Below, piece after piece: positions 16,317-25,977 of a DNA stretch of 55,575 bases. A program made the position numbers and the translations under genes. Source of the DNA: Gemmatimonadaceae bacterium. Lineage in GTDB: Bacteria > Gemmatimonadota > Gemmatimonadetes > Gemmatimonadales > Gemmatimonadaceae. The stretch spans positions 1 through 55,575 of the forward strand of contig JBOHTH010000114.1 in NCBI GenBank assembly GCA_050733535.1. Reading direction: 5' to 3'. The notes under the pieces are model-generated. The model saw only the letters and a program-made list of their open reading frames with translations. It was not told the DNA's origin and did no database searches. Position 1 is the stretch's first letter, and the number at the start of each line of letters is the position of its first letter.

Positions 16317-18806
16317 TTACCCCGTTGAGTGTGAAACGGACGCTTCATAAAATCGTGACAGTTCTGCCTTCAGCGCCGACCAAGGCCCCTCCAGACGCCG
16401 CGCCGGCGGCAGGCCCGCGAGCAAGGCGCGCCCGTACGATTTCCGCAGGACTCGCGGATCACAGAGCACGACTGCACCACGGTCCGTCGCCGTTCGGATC
16501 AGCCTGCCGAACCCCTGCTTGAGCCGGAGCGCGGCATGCGGAACCATGTAATCCGCGAACGCATCACCGCCCGCCGCCTCGATCGCCTCGCATTGCGCGG
16601 CCGTGACGGGCTCCGTTGGCACGCGAAACGGAATCCTCGAGAGCAACAATCCGCGCAACGCCCGGCCCGGCACGTCGACCCCCTCCCAAAACGATGCGGT
16701 GCCGATGAGGACGGCGTCGCCCTGCTCCCGAAACCGGCGCAGCAGGATGTCACGCGGCGACTCGCCGTGCACCAGCAGCGGCCACCGCCCCTCCGACCCG
16801 AGCGCGCGCAGCACCTGCGCGGCTTCGCGCACGTCGCGGTGACTCGTGAACAGGAGAAATACGCCGCCCCCAGCCGCTTCGATGAGATCGGCCCCCGCCT
16901 GCACCGTCCTCCGGAAGTGCAGCGCCCCATCCTCGTTCGGCGCCGGAAAATCCGACGGAATCGCGAGCACCGCCTGTCGCGCATAGTCGAACGGCGACGG
17001 GAGCACCGCCGTCACCGCCTCGACATCCTCCCGATCCAGGCCGAGGCGCCCCTCGATGAACGAGAAGCCGTCGCCGACCGCAAGCGTCGCGCTCGTCACA
17101 ACGCACGTCTCGAGTTTCCGGAACAGGTCGTCGCGCAGAATCGGCGCGAGGTCGAGCGGCACCGACGCCACGGTGACGTTCCGAGCCTCCGCACCCGCGT
17201 CGCGACTGCCCCCCGCCTCGATCCAACGCACGCGGCTGCTCGCGTCGATCCCCGGGCGCAGCGCGCCGCGCAGGGCATCCGCGGCGTTCGCGAGGCGCCT
17301 TGATACGCCGCTCACCTCGTTAAGCAGCGGCGCCAGTTCTTCGGCGCGGCGGGTGTCGGTCTCGAGGCGATCGCGCACCGTTCGAAGCCCCTCGGCAATA
17401 AGCTCAACCTCGCGGAGCAGATCGTCGAGCGTCGGGCCCAAACCTGCCGCCCACACCGGCGCGTCGTCGAACGAATCCGAGAGACGCACCTGACTGTCCG
17501 ACTGCACGGCGAGCCACTCGTCGAGCAGGCTGAAGAGCTGCTCGCCGAGGCGCCGCGCGGTGCCGGTCGACGGGACGAGCCGCGCGTTGACGAGATCGAG
17601 GCTCGCGACGCTGAGCAGGTCCTTGGCCGATCCCAGCCGCCGTTGCAGCGCGGGCAACAGCCCTTTTCCGCGGCGCTCAAGACGTCCAAACAGCCGCTGC
17701 AGCCCGCGTCGGGTGACCGTCTGACCCAGGTGCGCGGATGCGGCCGACTCGAGATGGTGTCCTTCGTCGATCACCAGCCGCGTGTACGCCGGGAGCACGG
17801 CCGATTCGCTCCAGTTCTGCGACGCGCGTCGGACCGCGATGTCGGCCATCAGCAGGTGATGGTTGACCACCACCACATCCGCCTGCGCTGCACGGCGCCG
17901 CGCGACGAACACGAAGCACTTGTCGAAATGCGGGCAGCGGAGGCGCGTGCAGAGGTCGGGCTCGGCCGCGACTTCATCCCACACGTCTGGCCGCGGCGGA
18001 GCCGTGAGGTCGGCGGTTGACCCATCGGTCGTGCGCTGCGCCCACTCCGACAACGCGGTGAGCTGCGCCTCGGCGCCGTCGTCGAACAGCGTGTGCCCGC
18101 CGCTCCGCGCCTGATCGAGGCGCTGGAGGCACAAATAATTCCGCCACCCTTTCAAGAGCGCGAACCGCACCTGCTGGCCCGCGAGCGCCTCCTCGAGAAA
18201 CGGGAGGTCTTTCCCGACGAGCTGCTCCTGAAGCGTGATCGTATTCGTCGACACCACGGTGCGCTCGCCGTTGGCCGCCGCCCAGCGGAGCGCGGGAATC
18301 AGGTATCCGAGCGACTTCCCGACGCCGGTCCCGGCCTCGATCAGTCCAATGCCGCCGAGCGTATACAGGCGCGCGATGCGCGCGGCCATCTCGCGCTGAC
18401 TGGGACGGTCCTCATAGCGGCCCGAGGCGGCGAGCTGCGCCGCGACGGGCCCGTCCGGTCCGAGCATCGCGCCGATCTCCGCGGGATCGAGCGCCACCCG
18501 CTCCTTCTCGCGTGGAACTTCCACGACGACGTACATGCGGCTTGCGGCATTGTCGATGATCCCGAACCCGATGCCATCGCCATGCACGCGCGCCGCGATC
18601 TCCATGTCCGGACCCGAGGGCTCGAGCACGCCGCTCGGATGGTTGTGCACCAGCATCTCGCCGCGCTGCGCGAAGCCCGGGAGCGCGAGCACGCTGCTGA
18701 CGTCGCCGCGCGCGACGGTCCGCGCGCCGGTGATCGCACCGTCGGGGCCGACCTGGCAGGCGAAGCAGACTTCATTGCCGCCGGCGAGCGCGATCGTCGT
18801 GCGCAT
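16317..18806 (-). CDS. DinG/XPD-family Fe-S ATP-dependent DNA helicase with an N-terminal JAMM/MPN (RadC/Mov34-like) metalloprotease domain
   Basis: The N-terminal ~130 aa carry GNEVCF plus HNHPSGVLEPSGPD, which fits the JAMM pattern E...HxHx7SxxD. The helicase part has Walker A EAGTGVGKS, four Cys (NYLC, CTRLRCPHFDKC), DEGHHLE and a helicase C-terminal domain. I chose the ATG at 18806 because the 214-codon upstream extension of the track ORF overlaps the preceding gene. Confidence 0.75.
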   Translation of the reverse strand: MRTTIALAGGNEVCFACQVGPDGAITGARTVARGDVSSVLALPGFAQRGEMLVHNHPSGVLEPSGPDMEIAARVHGDGIGFGIIDNAASRMYVVVEVPREKERVALDPAEIGAMLGPDGPVAAQLAASGRYEDRPSQREMAARIARLYTLGGIGLIEAGTGVGKSLGYLIPALRWAAANGERTVVSTNTITLQEQLVGKDLPFLEEALAGQQVRFALLKGWRNYLCLQRLDQARSGGHTLFDDGAEAQLTALSEWAQRTTDGSTADLTAPPRPDVWDEVAAEPDLCTRLRCPHFDKCFVFVARRRAAQADVVVVNHHLLMADIAVRRASQNWSESAVLPAYTRLVIDEGHHLESAASAHLGQTVTRRGLQRLFGRLERRGKGLLPALQRRLGSAKDLLSVASLDLVNARLVPSTGTARRLGEQLFSLLDEWLAVQSDSQVRLSDSFDDAPVWAAGLGPTLDDLLREVELIAEGLRTVRDRLETDTRRAEELAPLLNEVSGVSRRLANAADALRGALRPGIDASSRVRWIEAGGSRDAGAEARNVTVASVPLDLAPILRDDLFRKLETCVVTSATLAVGDGFSFIEGRLGLDREDVEAVTAVLPSPFDYARQAVLAIPSDFPAPNEDGALHFRRTVQAGADLIEAAGGGVFLLFTSHRDVREAAQVLRALGSEGRWPLLVHGESPRDILLRRFREQGDAVLIGTASFWEGVDVPGRALRGLLLSRIPFRVPTEPVTAAQCEAIEAAGGDAFADYMVPHAALRLKQGFGRLIRTATDRGAVVLCDPRVLRKSYGRALLAGLPPARRLEGPWSALKAELSRFYEASVSHSTG

Positions 18807-18859
18807 CGCCTTCGCCGGTCCCGTTCCGATCCGTTTTTCTTCGGCGGTGCCGGCCGCGC

Positions 18860-20131
18860 TCACGTCTTGAGCGGCTTCTTCTTCGCGGCCGGAAAGAGCA
18901 CGTTGTTGAGGATCAACCGGTAGCCGGGCGAGTTCGGGTGCAGCGACAAATCGGTCGGCAGCGCCCCGATGTTGTGCTGCGGGTCCTCGGGATCGTGACC
19001 GCCGAGATACGTCCAGGATCCCTTGCCATAGTCGCCGTGAATGTATTTCACCCAGGGCGCGCCGTCCTCGGTGGCGAGAATCACGTCGCCGGGCTTGAGC
19101 ACGGCCTTGTTGAACGACGTCGTCACGCCGTAGAAATCCGGAATCACCTGGCGGTGGTCCTGCACGAGCATCGACGCGACCGTGTCGAACTTCGCGGAGA
19201 AGTTGAACAGGGTGAACTGGCCGAGCGGCTGGCGGCGCGTGGGGACGTTCACCTGATGGCCGTCGATATCGCTCATGGAATTCACGCCCGGCGACATTTC
19301 GAGGTGCGCGCCCTGGAACGCAAACGTGTGCACCCAGTCCATCTTCGAATCCGCGTCGGGATCCATGGGCGTTCCGTCGAAGAACGGGCCGGCGATGTCC
19401 ACGTTCTGCGCGGCCATCGCGAGCTCGAGCGTCTCGGTTGCGCCGCACATCGCGAAAAGAAATCCGCCCTTGTCCACGAAGTCGCGCAGCCGCGCGGCGA
19501 CGGCCTTCTTCAGCGCCGGTATGTTGGAGAAGCCGTTGCGCTGGGCCGCCGCGAGATCATTGTCGCGCTGCTCTATAAACCAGGGCGCATCGCGGAAGCC
19601 GAGCTGGAGCTTGTTCTCCTGGCCCGTGAAATCCTCGTGGTGCAGGTGGATCCAGTCGAACTTCGAGAGATCGCTCTTGAGGATCTCGTCGTCCCATATC
19701 CGGGTGTACTCGATGCCGGCGTACTGAAGCGCGAGCGTGACCGCGTCGTCCCATGGCGGCGCTTTGGCCGGCGCGTAGATCGCGATGTGCGGCGCCTTCT
19801 CGAGCGTGATCGCGTCCATGTTGGCGGCGGCGATTTCCTTGCGCACAGCGACGAGTGAGGGGTCATCCATTGGCGAGACGGTCACGCCGTCGAGCGCCGC
19901 CTTGCGCCGCAGTGCCGGATCGTCAGGCAGCAGGAAGCTGCCGCCCCGGTAATTCAGGAACCACTCGGCCCTGTCGCCGGCCTTGAGCGCGAAGTACGTG
20001 AGGCCGTACGCCTTGAGGTGGTTCTGCTGTGCGTCGTCCATCGGGACGAGCAGGTGCTGCGCAGCGAGCGGGGCCGCCGCGATCAACAGCCCCGCGACCC
20101 CCGCGACTGCCCGGCGTATCACACTTTTCAT
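18860..20131 (-). CDS. secreted conserved hypothetical protein, last gene of the DUF4159 envelope operon
   Basis: The signal peptide ends PLAAQ. The N-terminal motif LLVPMDDAQQNHLKAYGLTYFAL resembles a family often auto-annotated as asparagine synthetase B-like or GATase1-like. The start forms an ATGA overlap with the upstream gene. Confidence 0.45.
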   Translation of the reverse strand: MKSVIRRAVAGVAGLLIAAAPLAAQHLLVPMDDAQQNHLKAYGLTYFALKAGDRAEWFLNYRGGSFLLPDDPALRRKAALDGVTVSPMDDPSLVAVRKEIAAANMDAITLEKAPHIAIYAPAKAPPWDDAVTLALQYAGIEYTRIWDDEILKSDLSKFDWIHLHHEDFTGQENKLQLGFRDAPWFIEQRDNDLAAAQRNGFSNIPALKKAVAARLRDFVDKGGFLFAMCGATETLELAMAAQNVDIAGPFFDGTPMDPDADSKMDWVHTFAFQGAHLEMSPGVNSMSDIDGHQVNVPTRRQPLGQFTLFNFSAKFDTVASMLVQDHRQVIPDFYGVTTSFNKAVLKPGDVILATEDGAPWVKYIHGDYGKGSWTYLGGHDPEDPQHNIGALPTDLSLHPNSPGYRLILNNVLFPAAKKKPLKT

Positions 20132-21873
20132 GTCGCGTTCCCTGCGTGCACGGCGTCGAGCTCGCGCCGGGCCTGCGGCACGAGAGCGCTCTGCGGATAG
20201 GTGAGGATCAAGTGCTCGAGGTGGTCGACGGCGCCCTGCACGTCGCCCTTGCGGCGCAGCGTGCGCGCCCAGTCGAGGTCGGACTCGGCCGCTTCGGGCG
20301 CGGTGGCGTACTGCGTGAGGATTCTCTGCCAGATCGCGATCGCGGGACCGTCCTGATGGCGTGCGCTCTGCACGCGCGCTGCGAGCGCGAGCAGCAGCGG
20401 GGCCGCGTCGGGGAGCTCATCGGCGGCGCGCTCGAAGCGCATGGCGGCTTGGGCGCTGTCACCGCGCGCGAGCGCCAAGAACGCCGCACCGGCGGCGCGC
20501 GAGCTGTCGGCCTTCGTGCGGCTGAGGAGCGCCATCGCGGTGACGACGTCGGCCGTGATGTCCGTGGGATGGCGCAAGCCGGCGCGCGCCTTGGCGAGAT
20601 CGCCGTCGTACAGCGCGAGCCACGCCCCGACTTCGTCCTCGTCGTCGAGGCTCGCACCGGCAAGGGCGGCACGCGCCTTGTCCACCTGGCCGGCACGGAT
20701 CCATCCCCAGGCGATCTGCCGCGCATAGGCGCGCTTGGTCCCCTCATCGAGCTCCGCACTGTCGTGCGCGACGAGCGTTTCCGCCTCCGCCGCACGGCCG
20801 AGTTGCGTGAGCGCCCGCACCTGCAGGGGAAGCACCTGCGTGCGGATCGCGGCCGGCTTCAGTTGCGCGCGCGCCGAAACGATCAGGTCGAGCGCCGGCG
20901 CAGGTTCTCCTCCTGAGATCGAGCAGGACGCCGCAAGGAGCGCTGTCGCCGCCGAGGGGCGCATGTGATTCATCGCCGCGAACGCGTCGCGCGCGGCGAG
21001 CCACGCGCCCTCGCGTGCCGCCTCCTGCGCGAAATCGTTCCAGGTATCGAAGGCCGAATCGGCGACAGTGAGCGTCGAGATCGCGCGCCATCCGTCCCGC
21101 GCCGCACCCCATTGGAGCTCGAGCGACCCGAGCACCTTCTTTGACGACGCCGCCGGCGAGGTGCGGAGGACCGCGCGCACCGAGTCGCGCTGCGCGATCG
21201 GCGTCCCTTGCAGCGAATACACGACCGTTTGCTCGAGGTATTCCTCGGTGACCATTGCCTCCTGCCAGGCGGCGGCGGCGCCGGGCCAGAGGCCGAGCGC
21301 CGCGCGAAGCTGTGCGACTTCGATCGTCAGTGCTTTCGTCGACCCGAGCGACGCCGTTGCCTGCTGGAGCACGGTGTCCGCCGCGCCGGCGCGCCCGTCG
21401 TTGAGCAAGTCGCCGGCGTATTCGCGGTACGGGACCGGATCGTGCGGCGAAAGCTTCACCCATGTGTCGAACGCGGCGCGCGCGTCGCCCTCGCGCCCGA
21501 GCGAGCGCAGCACGCGCAGCTGAACGCCGCGGAGCGTCTTGTCCGTGGGCGCCAGCGCGAGCAGCGAGTCGAGCGTCGGCAACACGGAGTCGTCCTGCGC
21601 GAGCTGGGAAAAAATCCGCTCGAGGCCGAGCACGCCCTGCGCCGCCTGCCCCGCCGCGATGACCTCACGCCACGCCGCGATCGCCTCCCGCGCCCGTCCC
21701 GCCTGCTCGAGGTCGAGCGCATGGTTCACCGTGACACTTTGCGCCTGCGCGAGCAATGGCGTCGCCGGCGCGAACACGCCGACCGCCAGCAAGATGCCAC
21801 ACGCGCGAACGTGGAAGTACCTAATGAGCTCCCCCCTCGCCCTCCCCGCTCCCCCCTCCCCCCTCTTAGTCAC
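20128..21873 (-). CDS. TPR-repeat protein with signal peptide
   Basis: The sequence is Ala/Leu-rich helical-repeat throughout, with 34-aa TPR-like periodicity. GTGA and ATGA overlaps occur at its two ends. Confidence 0.55.
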   Translation of the reverse strand: MTKRGEGGAGRARGELIRYFHVRACGILLAVGVFAPATPLLAQAQSVTVNHALDLEQAGRAREAIAAWREVIAAGQAAQGVLGLERIFSQLAQDDSVLPTLDSLLALAPTDKTLRGVQLRVLRSLGREGDARAAFDTWVKLSPHDPVPYREYAGDLLNDGRAGAADTVLQQATASLGSTKALTIEVAQLRAALGLWPGAAAAWQEAMVTEEYLEQTVVYSLQGTPIAQRDSVRAVLRTSPAASSKKVLGSLELQWGAARDGWRAISTLTVADSAFDTWNDFAQEAAREGAWLAARDAFAAMNHMRPSAATALLAASCSISGGEPAPALDLIVSARAQLKPAAIRTQVLPLQVRALTQLGRAAEAETLVAHDSAELDEGTKRAYARQIAWGWIRAGQVDKARAALAGASLDDEDEVGAWLALYDGDLAKARAGLRHPTDITADVVTAMALLSRTKADSSRAAGAAFLALARGDSAQAAMRFERAADELPDAAPLLLALAARVQSARHQDGPAIAIWQRILTQYATAPEAAESDLDWARTLRRKGDVQGAVDHLEHLILTYPQSALVPQARRELDAVHAGNAT

Positions 21874-24800
21874 GGTTTATCGCCATTGAGCCTGCGGAAA
21901 TATTCGATTACCAACCGCCGTTCATCCGTGCTCATCCCGCGCAGCTCATTCCACTCGGGCACCCGATACTTGAGCGCTTCCTTGCCGGTCGCGGTTGAAC
22001 CCGGCGGGAGGAACGGATTGCTCTGATCGCCGGGCCGCGACTCGCGCTTTCCCGATTCTTCCTTCTGGTCGTTCTCGAGCGTCTGTCCCGCATCGAGCAT
22101 GCGGCGGAACAGGCGCTGCTGGCGCGCGAGGACCGTCGGGTCCACCGCGCCCTGGTCGAGCGTCTGCGCGAGCTGGCGCGCCTCGCGTGCGAGTTCCGCG
22201 GCGCGACCGCTCGCGTCGGCGTCGCCGACGTCATCGAGCTGGTTCGCGACGTCGCGCTGCGCCTTGGCCAGCGATCGCGCGCTCGACTGCATGTCGGGCG
22301 ACACGCCCTGACCGCCTTTCTCGGCGCCGGCGCGCTGCACGAGTGTCTGCATCTGCCCATTCAGCGATCCCTGCTGCTGCGCGAGCTGCTGCAGCTGCGC
22401 GAGAAGCTCCGGGAGCCCGGACGCCGATTGCGACGCGCCGGCCCGCTCACGATCGCGCGCGAGCGCCGCCGCCGTTTCGCGCAACGCAGATGCAGCGTCG
22501 GTCATCGATTGCGGGGCCTGCGACGCCGTTCGCGGATCGCCAGCGTCGCGCGCCGCCTGCGCAACTTTCTGCTCCGCGTCGCTCATCGCCCGCGTCGAAC
22601 GCGGCGAGACAAGCGCGGACCGCTTGGCCTGCGAGGCGAGCCGCTCCGACGCCTTCTCCACGCCCTGCTGGAGCGCGCTCTCTTCTCCGCGGAGGTTGGG
22701 CTCCGTGGGATTCTTCCTTGCCTTCTCCGCGAGGCCGTCCTGTTCGCGCGCCAGCTGCTGCATTTCCTGGAGCGACTGGTCGAGCTCGCCGGTCAGTTCC
22801 TGCTTCCACTCGTCAACTTGCTGCTTGCGTCCTTCGCCGAGCGCCTGCGACGCGCGCTCCATCGCGTCGGCGGCCTGATTCGCGGACTGCGTGCCGCCCT
22901 GCTGGCCGCCTTGCTGGTTACCCTGCTGCGCGCCTTGCTGCTGGCCGCCCTGCTTGCTCCCCTGCTGTCCGGACTGCTTCCCACCTTGCTGGCCTGTCTG
23001 CTGCTGTCCGCCGGCTTTGCCGGTCTGCTGGCTCTGCTGACCGTTTTGCTGCTGTCCCTGTGCGCCGGGAGCTGGCGGCTTTCCGTCGAGTGCGTCCTTT
23101 GCCTGTTCCGCGTCCTTGAGCGCCTCGTCGGCCTTCTTGGCTGCCGGATCCGCATTCTCCCGCTTGAGCCGTTCCTTGAGCCCCTCGAGATCCTTGGCGA
23201 GCTGGTCCGTGCGCTGCTGGAGGCGCTGCGCCTCGTCCGGCTGCTGTGCCTGGGACTTCGCGCCGTCCGCGCGCGCACGCTCGGCCTTGGCAAGCTCCGT
23301 CGCTTCATCCTTCAGCGTCTGCATCGAACCCTCGAGCGCCGCACGCTTGAGGATTTCGGCGCTTTTCTCGAGCGCCTCGCGCATTTTCTTCTGCTGGTCA
23401 GCCAGCTGCTGCAGCGACTGTTTCGCCTGATCACCCGACAGCTGCTGCGTGGAATTGTCGAGCTTCTTGAGCGCCTCGAGCATCTCCGGCGTCAGCGCTT
23501 CCTGCAGCAGCTTCTGCGCTTCGCGAAGCTTCGCGGAGAGGTTGGTGTCGAGCGCGCCGGCAGCGCGCAGCCGGTCTTCGAGCGCCTTGGACGCCTGCTG
23601 GAGCTGCTGCACGCGCGCGGCCATGTCTTTCTGCTCGCCCGCGAGCGCCTTGGCTTTCTGCGCCGCGTCGTACTTCATAGGATCGCCGGGCTGTGCGCCG
23701 GGTGCCTGGGCCGCGGTTTGGGCGGCGCGCGCAGCGGCGCTCGTCCGTTGCTCGAGTCCGGCTTGCGCCTTCGCCGCGGCCTCCGCACGGGCTGCGGCGG
23801 AGTCGCCGGCGGCGCGCGCTGCCGCGCGCTGCTCGTCGGTTGCGGGAACGCGCAGGATGAGTTCGCGGCTCATCCCCTCCTGTCCGGCGGGCGATTCATC
23901 GCGCGCCATCAGCTGCACATGCACCGCGTCGCCCGGATCGAGTGGCCACGCGCCGAGGTCGAGCGACACCACACCGGCCCAGTCAGGGATCCCGCCGCCG
24001 GCAAGCTTCTGCGCGTTGGGCGGCTGCGGCTTTCCGTCGCGTGTCACACGCCACGTCTTGAGCGTCACCGACTGGAGCCCATGATCGTCGCTCGCCACGA
24101 GCTGCATTTCGATTTTCGCCGTCGGGAGCACGAGGCTGTCCGACGCCGGCTGGAGGATCTCCGCGCTCGGCGCGGAATCCGGCACGACTTCAATTGAAAG
24201 TGGCGGCGGGACGTCGGCGATCGCCGCGCTCGCGCCGCGCGCACTCCAGGTCCAGTTTCCGCTCGCCGCAGGTGTGAAGTGCCCGCTGAAGCGCCGTTCC
24301 TGCGGCGCGAGCCGGATGCTGTCGCGCTCCTGTACGAGCCAGATTGAGGCGAGCGCCTCTGACGCGTGCCCTTCGATCGCGAGCTCGGTGCCCTTCGGCA
24401 CGCGGATCGGGGCATCACCGGGCAGTGCCTCGACCGCTCGGTGGAGGTACGCCGGATAGGTCGCGCGCACCGCGACGTCACCGACGAACGGCCGGTCCAC
24501 GACTCGCACGACCACCGAATCGCTCACCGCGCGTCCATCGCTCGCCACGAGCGTGAGGTCGGCATCGAGCGGACCGAGTTCGGTGGTCACCGTGCCGTTC
24601 GACACCGCCAGAGCGGTCTCGACCCACGCGTTCCCTGTCGTTCGGCGCCGCAGCGACACGGTCGAGCGTCCGGTCGCGCGGACCGTGAGCGAGAGCGTCG
24701 ACCCGCGGAGTGCGCGCGTCGGCGCGTCGATGATCTGCAGGCGCGGGAGGAGCGCGCCGCGCCAGGCATCGACCGGGTGCGCGAGCGCGCGAAACCCGTC

Positions 24801-25307
24801 GGGACGCCGCGCGGCGACAAAGCTGGCGATCAGCACCACGGGGACGAGGGTTGCGCCCGCGATGAGAGCCGCGCGCCGCAGCCGGCGCTGCAGCTCGGGG
24901 GCGAGCGCCGCGCCGCGCTGCACCGAACCGCCGAGCGTGTCGCCCAGCCGCTGCGCGGCGCGCGCGACGAACGCGCTGGTGTCGTCCGAGAGCTCGACGA
25001 TGCCGCGCACGGCGCCGCGGCGCATGTTCTGCTCGCGCTCGACTTGATCGGCGATCGCCTCGCTCGCCGCCATGCTGCCCAGCGCCTTGCCGCCGCGCCG
25101 GATCAGGTACGCGGCGCCGCCGATTGCCGCAGCCCACACGACGAACGGCACCGCGCGCGGCAGTTCAATCCAGCGTGAGCCGCCGAGCAGCAGCGCCCCC
25201 AGCGTGAGCGCAGCGACGAGCATCGCCAGCGCGCGCGTCCACGTCCCCGCGCGCATGAGGCGCGCAACGCGCGAGCGCTCCCGCGCGATCAGCTCGAAGA
25301 TGCTCAT
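21870..25307 (-). CDS. giant membrane protein with N-terminal TM helices, a beta-rich middle and a long coiled-coil / Gln-Gly-rich low-complexity C-terminal half (DUF4175-like)
   Basis: There are three predicted TM segments in the first 170 aa, a coiled-coil K/E/A/Q-rich region, the run QQQNGQQSQQTGKAGGQQQTGQQGGKQSGQQGSKQGGQQQGAQQGNQQGGQQGG, and a conserved-looking tail LKYRVPEWNELRGMSTDERRLVIEYFRRLNG. Confidence 0.5.
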   Translation of the reverse strand: MSIFELIARERSRVARLMRAGTWTRALAMLVAALTLGALLLGGSRWIELPRAVPFVVWAAAIGGAAYLIRRGGKALGSMAASEAIADQVEREQNMRRGAVRGIVELSDDTSAFVARAAQRLGDTLGGSVQRGAALAPELQRRLRRAALIAGATLVPVVLIASFVAARRPDGFRALAHPVDAWRGALLPRLQIIDAPTRALRGSTLSLTVRATGRSTVSLRRRTTGNAWVETALAVSNGTVTTELGPLDADLTLVASDGRAVSDSVVVRVVDRPFVGDVAVRATYPAYLHRAVEALPGDAPIRVPKGTELAIEGHASEALASIWLVQERDSIRLAPQERRFSGHFTPAASGNWTWSARGASAAIADVPPPLSIEVVPDSAPSAEILQPASDSLVLPTAKIEMQLVASDDHGLQSVTLKTWRVTRDGKPQPPNAQKLAGGGIPDWAGVVSLDLGAWPLDPGDAVHVQLMARDESPAGQEGMSRELILRVPATDEQRAAARAAGDSAAARAEAAAKAQAGLEQRTSAAARAAQTAAQAPGAQPGDPMKYDAAQKAKALAGEQKDMAARVQQLQQASKALEDRLRAAGALDTNLSAKLREAQKLLQEALTPEMLEALKKLDNSTQQLSGDQAKQSLQQLADQQKKMREALEKSAEILKRAALEGSMQTLKDEATELAKAERARADGAKSQAQQPDEAQRLQQRTDQLAKDLEGLKERLKRENADPAAKKADEALKDAEQAKDALDGKPPAPGAQGQQQNGQQSQQTGKAGGQQQTGQQGGKQSGQQGSKQGGQQQGAQQGNQQGGQQGGTQSANQAADAMERASQALGEGRKQQVDEWKQELTGELDQSLQEMQQLAREQDGLAEKARKNPTEPNLRGEESALQQGVEKASERLASQAKRSALVSPRSTRAMSDAEQKVAQAARDAGDPRTASQAPQSMTDAASALRETAAALARDRERAGASQSASGLPELLAQLQQLAQQQGSLNGQMQTLVQRAGAEKGGQGVSPDMQSSARSLAKAQRDVANQLDDVGDADASGRAAELAREARQLAQTLDQGAVDPTVLARQQRLFRRMLDAGQTLENDQKEESGKRESRPGDQSNPFLPPGSTATGKEALKYRVPEWNELRGMSTDERRLVIEYFRRLNGDKP

Positions 25308-25314
25308 GGTCTGG

Positions 25315-25977
25315 TCACGGCGCGGGCCGGCTCGTGATCGCGTACACGAAAAGGTTCACGCCCATGCGGAGCGCGGCCTCGTGCAGTTCGGGCGGGTCGT
25401 TGTACGTCCCCACGTCTTCCCAGCCATTTCCGAGGTCGCTCTCCCAGCTGTAGTAGACGGCGAGACGGTTGCCGAGGAATATCCCGAACCCGCGCGCGGG
25501 GTGGCCGTCGTGCTCGTGGATCTTCGGAATGCCCTTGGGAAAATCATACACGATATGGTAGATCGGGTGCGAGAGCGGCACGTCGACGAGCTCGTGGTCT
25601 GGAAAGACGCGTTTGATCTCGCGACGGAAGCTCTCGTCGATGCCGTAGTTGTCGTCGACGTGCAGGAATCCTCCGCGCGCGAGGTATTCGCGAAGCCGCA
25701 CCACTTCCGCGTCGCTGAACTTGATGTTGCCGTGACCCGTCACGTGCAGGAACGGATAATCCCAGATGCGATCGTCCATGAGCGTGACGCGCGCCTCGGT
25801 CTGCTCGACCGGAAACGACGTGCGCTCGCGGATCGCGCGCAACAGGTTTGGGAGACTCGACGGGTTCGCGTACCAGTCGCCGCCGCCGTCGTATTGAAGG
25901 CGGGCAATCGTCAGCCGTGGCGCCGGCATCGTGGCCGCGACGGCGTACATGACAACGGAAAGCAGCAGCTGTATCAC
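25315..25977 (-). CDS. DUF4159 domain-containing protein
   Basis: Contains ARLQYDGGGDWYANPSSLPNL, YPFLHVTGHG.I.FSD.E...LR.YL..GGFLHVDDNYG and NLFVYAI, which matches my memory of the DUF4159 pattern. Confidence 0.65.
   Translation of the reverse strand: MIQLLLSVVMYAVAATMPAPRLTIARLQYDGGGDWYANPSSLPNLLRAIRERTSFPVEQTEARVTLMDDRIWDYPFLHVTGHGNIKFSDAEVVRLREYLARGGFLHVDDNYGIDESFRREIKRVFPDHELVDVPLSHPIYHIVYDFPKGIPKIHEHDGHPARGFGIFLGNRLAVYYSWESDLGNGWEDVGTYNDPPELHEAALRMGVNLFVYAITSRPAP

Noticed and set aside
16317-19448. The full 1043-aa version of the DinG ORF, with a 214-codon N-terminal extension (18807-19448).
   Set aside because: The extension overlaps the 3' half of the well-supported upstream gene (18860-20131) in another frame and is Arg-rich with no motifs. 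The ATG at 18806 lies 53 nt after the upstream stop and starts directly at the JAMM domain.
22428-24197. A 589-aa plus-strand, Leu/Arg-rich ORF.
   Set aside because: It is antisense to the coiled-coil/poly-Q region of the giant membrane protein. The repetitive Leu-rich translation is the complement of the Gln/Lys/Glu-rich repeat.
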